The notes beneath the pieces were generated by a model that was not told the DNA's origin, ran no database searches, and saw only the letters and a program-made list of their open reading frames with translations. A program made the position numbers and the translations under genes. 64,000 nucleotides of DNA. Source: Alphaproteobacteria bacterium (GTDB lineage Bacteria > Pseudomonadota > Alphaproteobacteria > Bin95). The stretch is from positions 2,304,001-2,368,000 of the forward strand of contig CBDBGH010000003.1 of the NCBI GenBank assembly GCA_965205265.1, given 5' to 3'. Below, one piece after another: positions 43,180-56,199 of the stretch. Every line of letters begins with the position of its first letter. Positions within the stretch are counted from its first letter, which is position 1.

Positions 43180-45579
43180 TCAGGTGAAGCTGCGCGGGTG
43201 CCTCAGGTCGATGCAGCCAAGGAGCGCAACTGTGTGAGCGTGTGTTATACAATTGAATTCACGCCCAAAGCCAATCCAAGTCGGAAAACGCAAGAGTGGC
43301 AACGGACCGCAACCGGCGCTGGTCACAAATTTTAGATAATCCCACCGCGGAGTTCTCTTCAAGGGGCGCTGGGTGAATTGGTTGCGCCAATAGTCTCGAA
43401 AATCGTTGTACAACGGTTCCGTCGACAGTTCGTGGTCGCGGTGAGGTCTATCGGTGACCCCAAGATGGCGCAACAGATCTTCGTCTGGTTCGTGAAATTC
43501 CGTATCGACGGTGGCGTCTTGGTCTCTACTCCCATCGCTTGGCACGATATCGCCCGGAAACAGAACAGAGTGAAGGGGTAACCAGTTACCTGCTTTCGTT
43601 CGTACCCGGAGCTTCGAACGCCAGCATTCCTGTCCATTCGGACTCATGGATCTTCGAAGATCAGCGAGGGCTACTTCGACCGGTAGCTTGCGGGAAGCGA
43701 TCCAAAACTTCCGGCAAGTGTCATCAAGAGGCACCTGACTGCCGCTAGTTCCAAGAATGCGCTTTGCGGCGAGCCTGAAGCTACTCTCCGATGAAGGCGC
43801 TTTGATTCCAAGTTTTTTCAGCGCTGCAAGAGTATCTGGGTCGGAAGCCAATTTCGGATGGACACGCGACTCCCTGTTCGTGGGATCGTCACCGTTCAGG
43901 GAATCATCGGAAAGGAAGATGAAATCGGGTTCGGGCGATCTCCAGACACGATCTGCGGTTAGCACGATGCAGCCAAGTTCCTTGTTTGACTTTATTGCCT
44001 CGCGCGGAATGGATGCAGCCCTGAGGATTGCTGCCATAGAAGCCTGGATCGCTTCGTCTCCTTTCCTGCCTTCCACAAGCGCCTCAAGCCACTTCGCGAT
44101 GGACTCCTGTGGCGCGCTCTGACGGTCGTAGCCTGCCCCGCGTGCCGGGAACAGCCGGTTGATGGCGGCAAGTCGGCTCACACGATTGCGTGTAACAGCC
44201 GAGCAGTGGAGCCAATTACGGGGGCGATCTGGGTATTTTTCCCATCGCTCCAAAGGCACGGTGTACGAACTGTCAGTGAGCTTCTTCGGGGGATACGAGA
44301 GATCTCGGACTTCTCGCAATCTGCCATCTTGATCAGGGACAATTGCACGTCCATCGAGACAAGAAAAGAGGCATTTGCGAAGAAGCTCGACTTGTTGGGA
44401 ATCGCCTCCCTCGTGGCGACGCGGCAACGCATCAAGGTGCCTGGCGGGGTCTTCAGCGTCTGAGAGCTGCGGGAGTTTCTCAGCTATCATCCTTGCCGCT
44501 GCTTCGATTAGCTCGTCGTTATGCGGCCCCTGAAGCAGACTCTGCCGATCCTCGTTGGTTTTCCAAGGCGCGTTAAGGATGCCTGCCACGAGGCTCGCAG
44601 TATCGGTCGGGAAAAAGGCCCAGAAGTGACCCGGATCGGCTAAACGGTCGAGCGGCACGGCCCATTGGATCTGCGCGCACTCGTTTTCGTCATACAGGTG
44701 CCAATCGGCCCGAGCCTCAGGGGACAGATGGTGGGTCACGTCGAAGCGCATCCAGCGGGAGGTCCCCGCGTCGGTGTCCAGATGAAGCTCGCCGTCGTTG
44801 CGGCTCAATGTGATATTCCGAGAGTCGTCTCCATTCTCAAGGGTCAAATACCGGACATGATCGACGAAAAGCATGAATTCGGGCGGGAAATTCTGAATCT
44901 GCCGGGCAATCTCTGTTTGCACTCCTATACTGAGGGGAAGGCGAACAATATTCGTCGTCCAACTCATCAGCTCCTGCAAATCTTCATCCGTCTTCCTTGC
45001 CTCGTCGGGATCGATGGATTCGGGCAGACGCAGAACCGGATAGGGACCGGCAGACGCGGCTTCGGCTATGAGCTTTGCGGAGCGCTTCCTGTCGAAACGG
45101 AATGAACCGGAACGGCTGTAGAATTCAGGCGCATCGGTCACGCGCAGTACGGATTTGAAGCCGCGTCCAAATCTGCCGATTGCAGCGGTGTTCCTCTTGC
45201 TCGACATGCGGTCGAACATAAGCCCCTCGACACCTTTTTCGTCGATGGGAGTTCCGTCGTCAGCGCAGTAAAGGAATTCTCCCGTTAGCCGGATCAGGAT
45301 GCTCTGACTTCTCGGCGATTCGAGCAGAGAATCAGCGCTGTTCTGAACGAGTTCAAATAGTTGACGATGAGCGTATCCGCCCTGAGCCGTGTCTTGCTCC
45401 AAGCGAGCATGTTCGGTTGCCAGTTTTGCTTGTGCACGATATGCGTTGAGACTCTTTTGGGCCTCCTGTTCGATGAAAACACCGATCCGGCCAGAGGGAC
45501 CGGCCCAGATCGGTATCTCATCAGAGGAGGAGCCCGGGTCGCGATCACATGACATTTGAGCGGTGTGTGGTTCACTCAT
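43180..45579 (-). CDS. Sacsin-like GHKL/HATPase protein, probably 3'-truncated
   Basis: ELVQNSAD, ADDGTPID, IGRFGRGFKSV, FFPT, NAPW; lower GC. Confidence 0.8.
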   Translation of the reverse strand: MSEPHTAQMSCDRDPGSSSDEIPIWAGPSGRIGVFIEQEAQKSLNAYRAQAKLATEHARLEQDTAQGGYAHRQLFELVQNSADSLLESPRSQSILIRLTGEFLYCADDGTPIDEKGVEGLMFDRMSSKRNTAAIGRFGRGFKSVLRVTDAPEFYSRSGSFRFDRKRSAKLIAEAASAGPYPVLRLPESIDPDEARKTDEDLQELMSWTTNIVRLPLSIGVQTEIARQIQNFPPEFMLFVDHVRYLTLENGDDSRNITLSRNDGELHLDTDAGTSRWMRFDVTHHLSPEARADWHLYDENECAQIQWAVPLDRLADPGHFWAFFPTDTASLVAGILNAPWKTNEDRQSLLQGPHNDELIEAAARMIAEKLPQLSDAEDPARHLDALPRRHEGGDSQQVELLRKCLFSCLDGRAIVPDQDGRLREVRDLSYPPKKLTDSSYTVPLERWEKYPDRPRNWLHCSAVTRNRVSRLAAINRLFPARGAGYDRQSAPQESIAKWLEALVEGRKGDEAIQASMAAILRAASIPREAIKSNKELGCIVLTADRVWRSPEPDFIFLSDDSLNGDDPTNRESRVHPKLASDPDTLAALKKLGIKAPSSESSFRLAAKRILGTSGSQVPLDDTCRKFWIASRKLPVEVALADLRRSMSPNGQECWRSKLRVRTKAGNWLPLHSVLFPGDIVPSDGSRDQDATVDTEFHEPDEDLLRHLGVTDRPHRDHELSTEPLYNDFRDYWRNQFTQRPLKRTPRWDYLKFVTSAGCGPLPLLRFPTWIGFGREFNCITHAHTVALLGCIDLRHPRSFT

Positions 45580-45880
45580 TCTCGACGTTTACCACAGTTT
45601 GGGGTTTGGGCAGTGTCGAGTGTCGAAAACCGTTCAACATCCATTTTCAGGTCCGTTTCTGCGACATGAGAAGTGCGTATTGGTTTTGCCGGCTTGTTCT
45701 TGAGCCATTACCGGGCCGGGAATCAGCAGCAGTTCCGTCCTGTATCCCATGACCTGCATCGTGGTGTCGCGCTGACGTGCGTTCCGCGTCACCACATTAA
45801 GGCACCGGTCGACAAGGAGGGTCGCACCTGTCGTACGATGGCGGTCGAAAGGATGGTGCGGACAGGTTCGTGCATCGGGC

Positions 45881-46906
45881 TTAGCGCCTAGGTCGAGTGA
45901 CCATTACCTCGTCGAGGCTCGCCGCCGTCAGTACCGCCTCCGCCCAGGCTTCCAGCTCGGAAGCCGACGCGTCGCGAACCCGCTCGTGCACCGCATCCGG
46001 CACAATCCCGAAGCGCAGCTCCAGAAGACGAAGAACGGTCCTGGCTTGGCCCTCGATGCGGCCCTCGTTTCGTCCTTCCGCCCATCCCTCAGCCCGTCCT
46101 TCGACCCGTCCGGCAGTGCGGCCTTCTTCCCGCCCCTCTGCTCTTCCCTGTTCGATCCATGCTTCGGCGACGGTACCCATCAGCGCCTCCCATCGGTCCG
46201 GCTTCGTCCGGCGCAGCGACGCCTCCAGCATCACGGGCGTCAGGTTCATGCGCTCGGCGATGTAGCGCACAATATGACGCTCGAACGCGCTCCCGGCAAC
46301 CGGCCCGCCGGTCATCAGGTCGAGAAGGTCAGCCGGAATGTCCGTGGCATGGACCACCCGGAGCGCCAGCAGCCCGGCCCTGACCTCCGGCGTCCGCGAC
46401 AGATGCAGCGGCTCGATCCCGCCCAGGTCGTGCAGCACATAGGCGAACTCCCGGGCGAACCGCCCCAGTTCCTCGGGCGCGTCGATCATCTCGGCCACCG
46501 AGCGCGGCACGGTCCAGCGGCCCGGACCGTGGTAGAAGACGAGCGGGACGATCGCCGGCAGCCGGTCCCGGGCAGCGCCGCCCTCGATCTCGCGGAGCCA
46601 GATGCTGGCGAGGTATTTCAGGATCTGGAGCGGTGTGGCGGCGTCGATATGGCTCTTGTGCTCCAGGAGCGCGAATATGAAGGCATCCTCGCCGGTCCTG
46701 AGCCTGACCCTGAAGAGGGCGTCGCATTGGGTCCTCGCGGCGTCCTCATCGACGAAGCTGCCCTCGACCGCCTCCGGCGGGGTGTCGGGATCGAGCAGAT
46801 CGGCGACCTCCGGCGGCAGGTATTCCGCAAGCAGCGCGCCGGCGCGGGCCGGGTCTGAGACCAGCGCCCGGAACAGCGCGTCGTGCGGCGTCGCGGGAAG
46901 GCTCAC
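45881..46906 (-). CDS. Rpn/YhgA-like PD-(D/E)XK nuclease
   Basis: HDALFR, CDALF, LEHKS, PLVFYHG, EGR repeats, DUF4351-like tail; start position uncertain. Confidence 0.9.
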   Translation of the reverse strand: MSLPATPHDALFRALVSDPARAGALLAEYLPPEVADLLDPDTPPEAVEGSFVDEDAARTQCDALFRVRLRTGEDAFIFALLEHKSHIDAATPLQILKYLASIWLREIEGGAARDRLPAIVPLVFYHGPGRWTVPRSVAEMIDAPEELGRFAREFAYVLHDLGGIEPLHLSRTPEVRAGLLALRVVHATDIPADLLDLMTGGPVAGSAFERHIVRYIAERMNLTPVMLEASLRRTKPDRWEALMGTVAEAWIEQGRAEGREEGRTAGRVEGRAEGWAEGRNEGRIEGQARTVLRLLELRFGIVPDAVHERVRDASASELEAWAEAVLTAASLDEVMVTRPRR

Positions 46907-47170
46907 CGGGCGGGCGCTCGGCGGATGTCCCGCCCGCGGCCCGTGACAGGAACGGCATTCGTCATGGCGGCACCCTACGCCGACCGGTCCTTCCGGTCGA
47001 CCGGGAACGGTCCCCTCGACGCCACCAGGCGGCCAGAATGCCGGCGGCGGAGCGACGCGTCTCGCTCGCCGGTTACGCAACTCCGGTATACACCCGCAGC
47101 GTGTGCGTTTGCGTTTTCCTGAACCCAGCCCGAATCTTTCAAGGTATCAGACAACCCTGTCCGGCGCGTG

Positions 47171-48439
47171 TCATCCCGCTGGCGGAACGTTTGCCGGGAC
47201 GGCTTCTTGTGCCAGGGCGTCGATCCTGTCGGCGATCTTCTGCGCGGCGTCGCGGAGCTGGCCCATGGTCCAGTCGGCGGCGTAGCCCTCGGTCACGTCC
47301 TGGGGCCGGGCATGGTTGACCAGCCGCTTGGTCAGGCTGGCCGGCAGCATCAGGGCGCGGTCGGCGACGGTGATGAAGCAGTTGCGCAGGGCGTGGAACC
47401 AGAACCGCGCGCCGCCGGCCTCGCCGATGCGCGCGTTCAGGTGCTGCATGCCCTCGAGATGGCCGGACCCGCTGGTCTCCGACGGGAACACCCAGACCCG
47501 GGTCGTCTCGGCAAAGCCGTCCCGCCCTGCCATGCGCCTCTCAAGGATGGCCGCGAGTTGGCGGGTGACGGGAAGCTCCAGCGGCTCGCCGGTCTTGGTG
47601 TCCTCGACCCGGAACGTCATCGCCGCCATGTCGATGCGCGCCCATGCGAGGCCGAACACCTCGGCCCGGCGCATGCCGGTGTAGAGGCCGAAGCGGAAGG
47701 CGTCGCGCGCGACCGGGTTGCGCACCGCGGTCTCGATGCCCCGGCTCCAGCGCGGCAGCACCTCGGCCGGGGGCCGGATGGTGCGCCGCTTCTGGCGGTG
47801 CGGCCGCCCGCCCGCGGCGCGCCACTGCTCGACCGGATTGCGCAGCCCCTCATGGTCGATGCACTGGCGGCGGTAGAGGGCGCCCAGCATCTTCACCGCG
47901 TTGTTGGCCTGCACCCACCCGGCGTTGTCGGTCAGGCTGCGGAAGCGCTGTTCGACATCGCGGCGCTCGATGGTGTCGAGGGGACGGTCGAGCCAGTCGG
48001 CGAGGTCCCGGTGGACGGTGATGCGGTAGAGCGCGACCGTGCTGTCCCTGCGCGCCGGCCCGGCGGCGAGATAGTCCTCGAAGGCCTCGCGCAAGGTCGG
48101 CATGGCGCGGGCGCGGGTGCGGGTGCGCCCCGCCGCCGGATCCTCGCCGGCGGCGACGCGGCCCAGCGTTTCCTGGGCGAGGCGCCTGGCCTGTTCGGGG
48201 GTGATCCTGCCGTGGCGTCCGACGACCAGCCTGCGGTTGGCGGCCTTTCGCCCGCCGCCGCCGGCGCGGTAGTTGACGATGTAGGAGCGCACGCCCGAGG
48301 GCTGGACGCGGATGCCGAAGCCGGTGAGGCGGTCGTCCCATGCGATGAAGGGTTTCCCGCCCGGCTTCAGGGCCTCGACATTGCGCTTGTTGAGGGTGAT
48401 CTTGAGGTTTGCGGTTCGCTTGCCGGGTTGTGTTGACAT
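47171..48439 (-). CDS. Tyrosine integrase with N-terminal arm-binding domain
   Basis: WDDRLTGFGIRV, YTGMRRAE, HALR, LVNH, YA. Confidence 0.93.
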   Translation of the reverse strand: MSTQPGKRTANLKITLNKRNVEALKPGGKPFIAWDDRLTGFGIRVQPSGVRSYIVNYRAGGGGRKAANRRLVVGRHGRITPEQARRLAQETLGRVAAGEDPAAGRTRTRARAMPTLREAFEDYLAAGPARRDSTVALYRITVHRDLADWLDRPLDTIERRDVEQRFRSLTDNAGWVQANNAVKMLGALYRRQCIDHEGLRNPVEQWRAAGGRPHRQKRRTIRPPAEVLPRWSRGIETAVRNPVARDAFRFGLYTGMRRAEVFGLAWARIDMAAMTFRVEDTKTGEPLELPVTRQLAAILERRMAGRDGFAETTRVWVFPSETSGSGHLEGMQHLNARIGEAGGARFWFHALRNCFITVADRALMLPASLTKRLVNHARPQDVTEGYAADWTMGQLRDAAQKIADRIDALAQEAVPANVPPAG

Positions 48440-48630
48440 GGTGACATTCTCCCGAAACGGCCTCGAATATCACCATACAGGTCAACACATGAAAGTCAAC
48501 GGGAGCTTACGAGAGCGCAGGTGAGTCGTCGCATGTCGCACAAGGCTAGACCCATCATATTGAAATAACAACGATTTACATGGACAATCACTGCCATACG
48601 CGGACAGGCGTATGATGAGACACTGAACCA

Positions 48631-49071
48631 TTCGGTCTCAACCGCGCCGAACTGATCGGCCGCCTCGGCGCCGACGTCGCCGTCAATCACCTCCAGAGCG
48701 GCGGCCGCGTCGCCAATCTGAGCATCGCCACCGACGAGTCCTACATCGACGCCAAGACCGGCGAGCGGGTCGACCGCACCGAGTGGCACCGCATCGTCAC
48801 CTTCCAGGACGGCCTGATCGACATGCTGGTCAGGCACGCGGTCAAGGGCCGTCTGGTCTACGTCGCCGGCAAGCTCCAGACCCGGCGCTGGAAGAAGGAG
48901 GGCGAGGACTCCGACCGCTTCTCCACCGAGATCCTGCTGGTCCCGGGCGGCCGCGTCCAGTTCCTCGACAAGGCCAACGGCTCCCGGCCGCAGCCCGACC
49001 CGGACATGGCGGGCGACGCCGCTCCGGTTGCGGCGCCCGCCGACATGGACGGCGACCGGATTCCGTTCTGA
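48631..49071 (+). pseudogene. ssb: Single-stranded DNA-binding protein lacking a start codon
   Basis: LNRAELIGRLG...TEWHRIV...GKLQTRRW...RIPF; in-frame TGA at 48616 with no start codon after it. Confidence 0.85.
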
Positions 49072-49097
49072 TCGGCGTCATGCTTCCTCCCCGGCCT

Positions 49098-49126
49098 GGC
49101 CGGCGCTTCGGCGCCGGTCTTTTTTT
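49098..49126 (+). terminator. Rho-independent terminator
   Basis: CCGGCGC-TTCG-GCGCCGG followed by T7. Confidence 0.8.
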
Positions 49127-49301
49127 GCTGCCGGTCCGGAGGCGTCCCCGGTTCCATGGCGCGTCCGCGCTTCGCGCGGCGCGCGCCTTCTCCGGCGCCG
49201 GCCGGAGGCGGAGGCCGGCCGGTATCGGGCGTTCCGTTCCCATGCAGGAGTCCCGCCATGCCCGATGACAGGTTCCGCCGCCGTCCCGCCGGGGGCCGGC
49301 C

Positions 49302-50276
49302 ATGAACGCCGGCGCCCTCGCCGCCGCGCTCGCGGCGCGCGCCGAGGCGGTCTGCCGCCACTATTTGCCCCACGGCCGTCGCCAGGGCCGCTACTGGATC
49401 TGCGGCGATCTCGACGGCGCCCGCGGGCGCTCCCTCTTCGTCCGCCTTTCCGGCCCCGGCAAGCCGGGCGGCTGGACGGATGCCGCCACCGGCGAGCACG
49501 GCGACCTGCTCGACATCATCCGCCACCGCTCCCGCGCGCCGACGCTGCGCGCGGCGCTCGACGAGGCGCGGCGCTTCCTCGCCTTGCCGGCTGCGCCGGC
49601 AACGGCATCGGACGACCCCTGGGACGCCACCGAGGCGGCGCGCCGCCTGTGGCGCGGCTGCCGCGCCCTCGACGGCAGTCACGCCGAGCGCTATCTCCAC
49701 GCCCGCGGGCTCGGCCGCTGCCGCTTCGCGGCGCTGCGCTTCCACCCGGCCCTTCGCTACCGCGAAGGCGCCTCGGTGCGCCGCCTCCCGGCGCTGGTCG
49801 CCGCCGTCACCGGCGGCGACGGCCGGCTCTTCGGCGTCCAGCGCACCTGGCTCGATCCGTTCCAACCCGCCAAGGCGGGGGTCGCGCATCCGCGCAAGGC
49901 GCTCGGCCGCATCCACGGCCTCGCGGTGCGCTTCGGCGTTCCCGCCGACGACGCTGCGCTCGTCGTCGGCGAGGGCATCGAGACCGTGCTCTCGCTGGTC
50001 GCCGCCGTGCCGGAAATCCGCGCCGCGGCAGCGCTCTCGGCCGGCAGCCTCGGCGCATTCGCGCCTCCGCCCGGCCTCGCCCGGCTGGTGATCGCGCGCG
50101 ACAACGACGAGGAGGGCGCGCGCGCCGCCGAACGCCTCGCCCGGCGCTCCGCGCGGGCCGGCGTCGCCGCCACGGTGATCGTCCCTCAGGGCAACGACTT
50201 CAACGACGACCTGGTCGCGCTCGGCGCGGCGGCGCTGCGCGCCCGCCTCGCGCCCCTGTTCCGCGCCGGCGCCTGA
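49302..50276 (+). CDS. ICE/plasmid primase-like TOPRIM protein
   Basis: WTDAATGEHGDLLD, YLHARG, GEGIETVLS, ARDND, DFNDDL. Confidence 0.88.
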   Translation: MNAGALAAALAARAEAVCRHYLPHGRRQGRYWICGDLDGARGRSLFVRLSGPGKPGGWTDAATGEHGDLLDIIRHRSRAPTLRAALDEARRFLALPAAPATASDDPWDATEAARRLWRGCRALDGSHAERYLHARGLGRCRFAALRFHPALRYREGASVRRLPALVAAVTGGDGRLFGVQRTWLDPFQPAKAGVAHPRKALGRIHGLAVRFGVPADDAALVVGEGIETVLSLVAAVPEIRAAAALSAGSLGAFAPPPGLARLVIARDNDEEGARAAERLARRSARAGVAATVIVPQGNDFNDDLVALGAAALRARLAPLFRAGA

Positions 50277-50344
50277 CCCAGTCCGGGGAGGGAGAGGAAA
50301 GCGGAGGCCGGGCAAGCCGCCCCGAAGAGAGGAGGAGGGAGATC

Positions 50345-50680
50345 ATGAGTTCCGTCATCAACCTGAAGCACGCGCCCACGCTGCGCGCGCTGCTCGCCCG
50401 CCATCCGGTGCAGGACGCCGCCGTCCTGATCGACCGCCGCACGCCCTGGGGCAATCCGTTCCGGATCGGCCCCGGCCAGGACCGCGCCCGGGCGACCGCG
50501 CGCTACCGCGCCGATCTCTGGCGGCGCATCCGCGCCGGCGAGATCGATCTGGAGGCGCTGGCCGCGCTGCATGGCCGCCGCCTCGCCTGCTGGTGCGCGC
50601 CGCTGCCCTGTCACGGCCATGTGCTGGCCCGTGCCGCGGCCTGGGCGGCGCGGCAGCTGGCGGACGGGGGCGCGTCATGA
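50345..50680 (+). CDS. DUF4326 family protein
   Basis: WGNPF...LHGRRLACWCAPLPCHGHVL; strong RBS. Confidence 0.88.
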   Translation: MSSVINLKHAPTLRALLARHPVQDAAVLIDRRTPWGNPFRIGPGQDRARATARYRADLWRRIRAGEIDLEALAALHGRRLACWCAPLPCHGHVLARAAAWAARQLADGGAS

Positions 50681-50904
50681 GTGCCATCGCCTTCCGCCGT
50701 ATCGCACCGGACGTGGCGCGCGTCTACTGCGACGGCGACCATGTCGGCGACGTCTGCGCCCGCGACGATCCGCTGCGCGAGGGCGCGCGGTATTACGTCA
50801 TCCATCTCGACGAGGATCCGCGCGGTCCCTGCCGCGTCCATGACCGCGACCGCATCCGCGAGGTGGCCAGGCAGCGGATCCTCTCGCATCCGCTGTGGGG
50901 GTGA
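50677..50904 (+). CDS. Small hypothetical protein
   Basis: ATGA overlap with upstream gene. Confidence 0.6.
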   Translation: MSAIAFRRIAPDVARVYCDGDHVGDVCARDDPLREGARYYVIHLDEDPRGPCRVHDRDRIREVARQRILSHPLWG

Positions 50905-51373
50905 ACCGCTGTCCATCGGCGCCCCATCGAACGGTGCGGGGATCGTCCGGGCGATGCCTCCGGTCGCTGGCGCTCCCTGCGCGCTTCGCTTGCACGGCCG
51001 GCCGCCAGGTCCGGGAGCACTCCCGGAGGCCGTGCCGGGCCGCACCGCCCAAGGGGTCCGTGCGTGTTGAAACAGATACGCACCCTGCTGTGATGTCCCA
51101 TTGTGCCACACGTGCTCACTCCACCAACCCGCTGCGCGGGTCCTCCGCTCCGCTCCGGCCGGGACTCGCAATGAAACGGCGCTCGCGCGCCTAGGCCCGA
51201 TGGCGCGCGCGACCGTGGCTCCGCGCTCGCTGCGCTCGCTTGTGCGCCCGCACCATCGCGCACCCCATCGGGCCATTCATTCCGGTCCCGGTGGTTCCGC
51301 TGCGCGCGCGTGACCCAACAGGACACCACACCGGGGATCGGCCCCGGACGTGAAACCGATCAAGGAGATCGAC

Positions 51374-52013
51374 ATGAACACCATCATCGACACCATCGAG
51401 AGCACCGCGCACTCCGTCACCGCAACCGTCTGCGAAAACGCGGCGCTCTACGGCGCCACCCCCGAGCGCGACGAGTTCGATACCCGCGCCATCTGGGACC
51501 AGGACGGCGCCATCGATGCCGTCGCCGACGCCTTCCGCGTCATCGCCAACGACGTCTGCCCCGACGGCACACAGCTCGCCGACGAACGCGAGAGCCTGCT
51601 CTGGGGCTTCGTCAACATGCTCCACGCCCAGACACAGCGCATCGAGCGCTCCGCCGACAGGCTCACCCCCGAACTCCGCGACCTCCAGCGCGAACAGGAC
51701 GGCTCCGAGATCAAGTCCCGCGAACTCGAACTCGTCACCGACCGCGCACAGAACCTCGGAGACCGCCGCGACGCCTTCGAGACCCTGCGCGACGCCGCCG
51801 CCGACGCCTACCGCGACGCCACCGGCGAGGTCTGGCGCCCCCGGCGCGGCAGCCACATCTCCGAAACCGGCAGGCTGACCTCCGCCAGCATCGACGCCCG
51901 CGACTTCCTCCGCGCCCGCAAGGACCGCAAGACCGCCGCCCACCTGCCGCAGGGCACCCTCGTCGCCATCGCCGGCGGCAGGGACATCGCCGACCCGGCC
52001 GCCGTCATCGCAC
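51374..52013 (+). pseudogene. DUF2493-family ICE protein truncated by IS21
   Basis: LLWGFVN, TGEVWRPRRGS, IDARDFL, IAGG; AAGGAG RBS. Confidence 0.75.
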
Positions 52014-52195
52014 TGCGGCGCGACAATCAGCTTGAGACGCTGGCGACAATCAGGATGAGACGGGGGAAGGCGGCGGCCCGGAACGGAGGGAGGGCGTAGC
52101 CCGACCGGAGTTCCGGGCCGCCGCCTCAAAAAATTTTTCCTGGACCTTCTGGCGGGGTCGGTCGGCTGGGCGAACGGTGACGTTTTTCCGAGTAG

Positions 52196-54543
<2,348 letters not shown>

Positions 54544-54804
54544 ACCGCTGCCGCCAGATCGGCCCAGCGGCCACAACACTCACGGCCCGCGGGAATCGCC
54601 TCCGCGGGCCGTCTCTTCTCCGACCCGACGGCCCCCCCGCGACAATCAAAACGCTCTCCGAAAACCTTGTTTGTCGCGCCGCGACAATCAAAATCCGAAA
54701 CCGCTTGCAATCCGCGCCCCGCGCGACAATCATCAACTCGCCGATGCCGCCGGGGAATCTCATCCTGATTGACGCGCGGCTCTCACCCAGATTGTCGCGC
54801 TATA

Positions 54805-55685
54805 GTTTCGGGGCGGGTTGAAGGGGGCGGCCCATTCTCGAGCCGGTTGAGGCTGTCGGCCTGGCGGCGTTCGATGTTTTCCGGCGACCAGGGGTCGTGG
54901 ATCTCGGCATAGCCGTTGCGGCGCTGGTAGAGCCAGTCGGTTTCCGCGCCCTCGGCGCGTTCCTCCTCGCCCGGGCGGTCGCCGTCGGCCCACTCGCCGG
55001 GGAACCGCTCGGGGTCGTAGGTGTCTTCGGGCGGGTCGTCAGCGAGGGGAAGGTCGTTGGCCGGAGGCGGCGGCGGGTCGAAGCAGACGGGCAGGCTCTC
55101 GCGCTCCTCGACGGCCGCCGTGAGCCTTGCGGCAAGCTGCGCATGGGCGGCCCCGTCGAAGCCTTCCCCTGCCTCCATCGCCTCCCTGTTCCCGCAATGG
55201 CGGGCAAGGGCGCGTTCGGCGCGGGCACGGCCGTGGCGCACGGCCTCGGCGAGGGGTCCCGGCACGGTGCCGGCCTCCTGCGCCTCGCCGGCCTCGATCT
55301 CCCCGAACTCGTCCTCCTCCGGCATCGCCCAGAGCGCCGCCCGGTTGGCCGGCTGCGTCAGCCCCGCAATCTCCGCCTGGAAGCGGACGATCCGGACCAT
55401 CATGTAGGCGGACCCGCTGGCCACCGCCGCATCCCAGGCCTGCTCCAGACGGGCGAGCACGATCTGCGCCTCGTCCCGCTCGGTGCGCCGCCACGACATG
55501 CGGATGCGCCGCACCCGCTCCACGATCCAGGGGCGTTCCAGCAAAGCGGAGCCGGTCTGCCTTGCGGAGCGTTCGGCATAGCCGGCGCGCCTTGCGGCGT
55601 CTGCGGCATTGCCGGAGGCTGTGTAGTGGCGGCAGAAGGCTTCCTGGCGGGAGGAGAGGGAGAGGGTCGGGTCGAGCACGGGCAT
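54805..55685 (-). CDS. Protein with terminase-small-subunit-like N-terminus, 3' end abutting IS21
   Basis: RQEAFCRHY..SGNAADAARRAGY...GSALL. Confidence 0.7.
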
Positions 55686-55873
55686 GGGTGCGGCTCCTCG
55701 GTTTCGTCTCATGTTCATCCGGCGCCCCGTCCCGGCATCGGAGCGACCCTTTACCGCGCGTATCCTGCGCGAGCGCCTGTGCGCGGGCGGGCGCACGTTT
55801 CGCGGCGGCGCGGTTCGCGCGCCTGATTGCCCGCGCGCGAGGCAGGCACAGGGCGCACTTCGCCTGTCGGCTG

Positions 55874-56199
55874 AATCGGGGTCGGTCCGCACCGGGCCGG
55901 CGCGGGCGGGACGCGGTCCATGGATGCCGCTTCCCTCGGACCCATCATAGCACATTTTCTGAGAATACAAGTCTTAGAGAGAAATATTACATGAATTTCA
56001 TGAACAATTTATCATGCCAATGGCCTCGACTTCGGACTTATGTCTTCTTCTCGTCATGCCCGGACTTGTTCCACGGCTGTCCGGTTTGGGTTTTGCGGAC
56101 AGGACGCATGGCCTGGATTCAAGCGGGTTTCCAAGGGTCCGGCCGAACCGGGACTCCGATCGACGCCCGGCGCGCCGCCCCTTTTCATCGTCATGCCCT
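55874..56199 (+). repeat. 326-bp direct repeat (left target duplication of IS1634)
   Basis: Matches 58116-58441. Confidence 0.92.
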
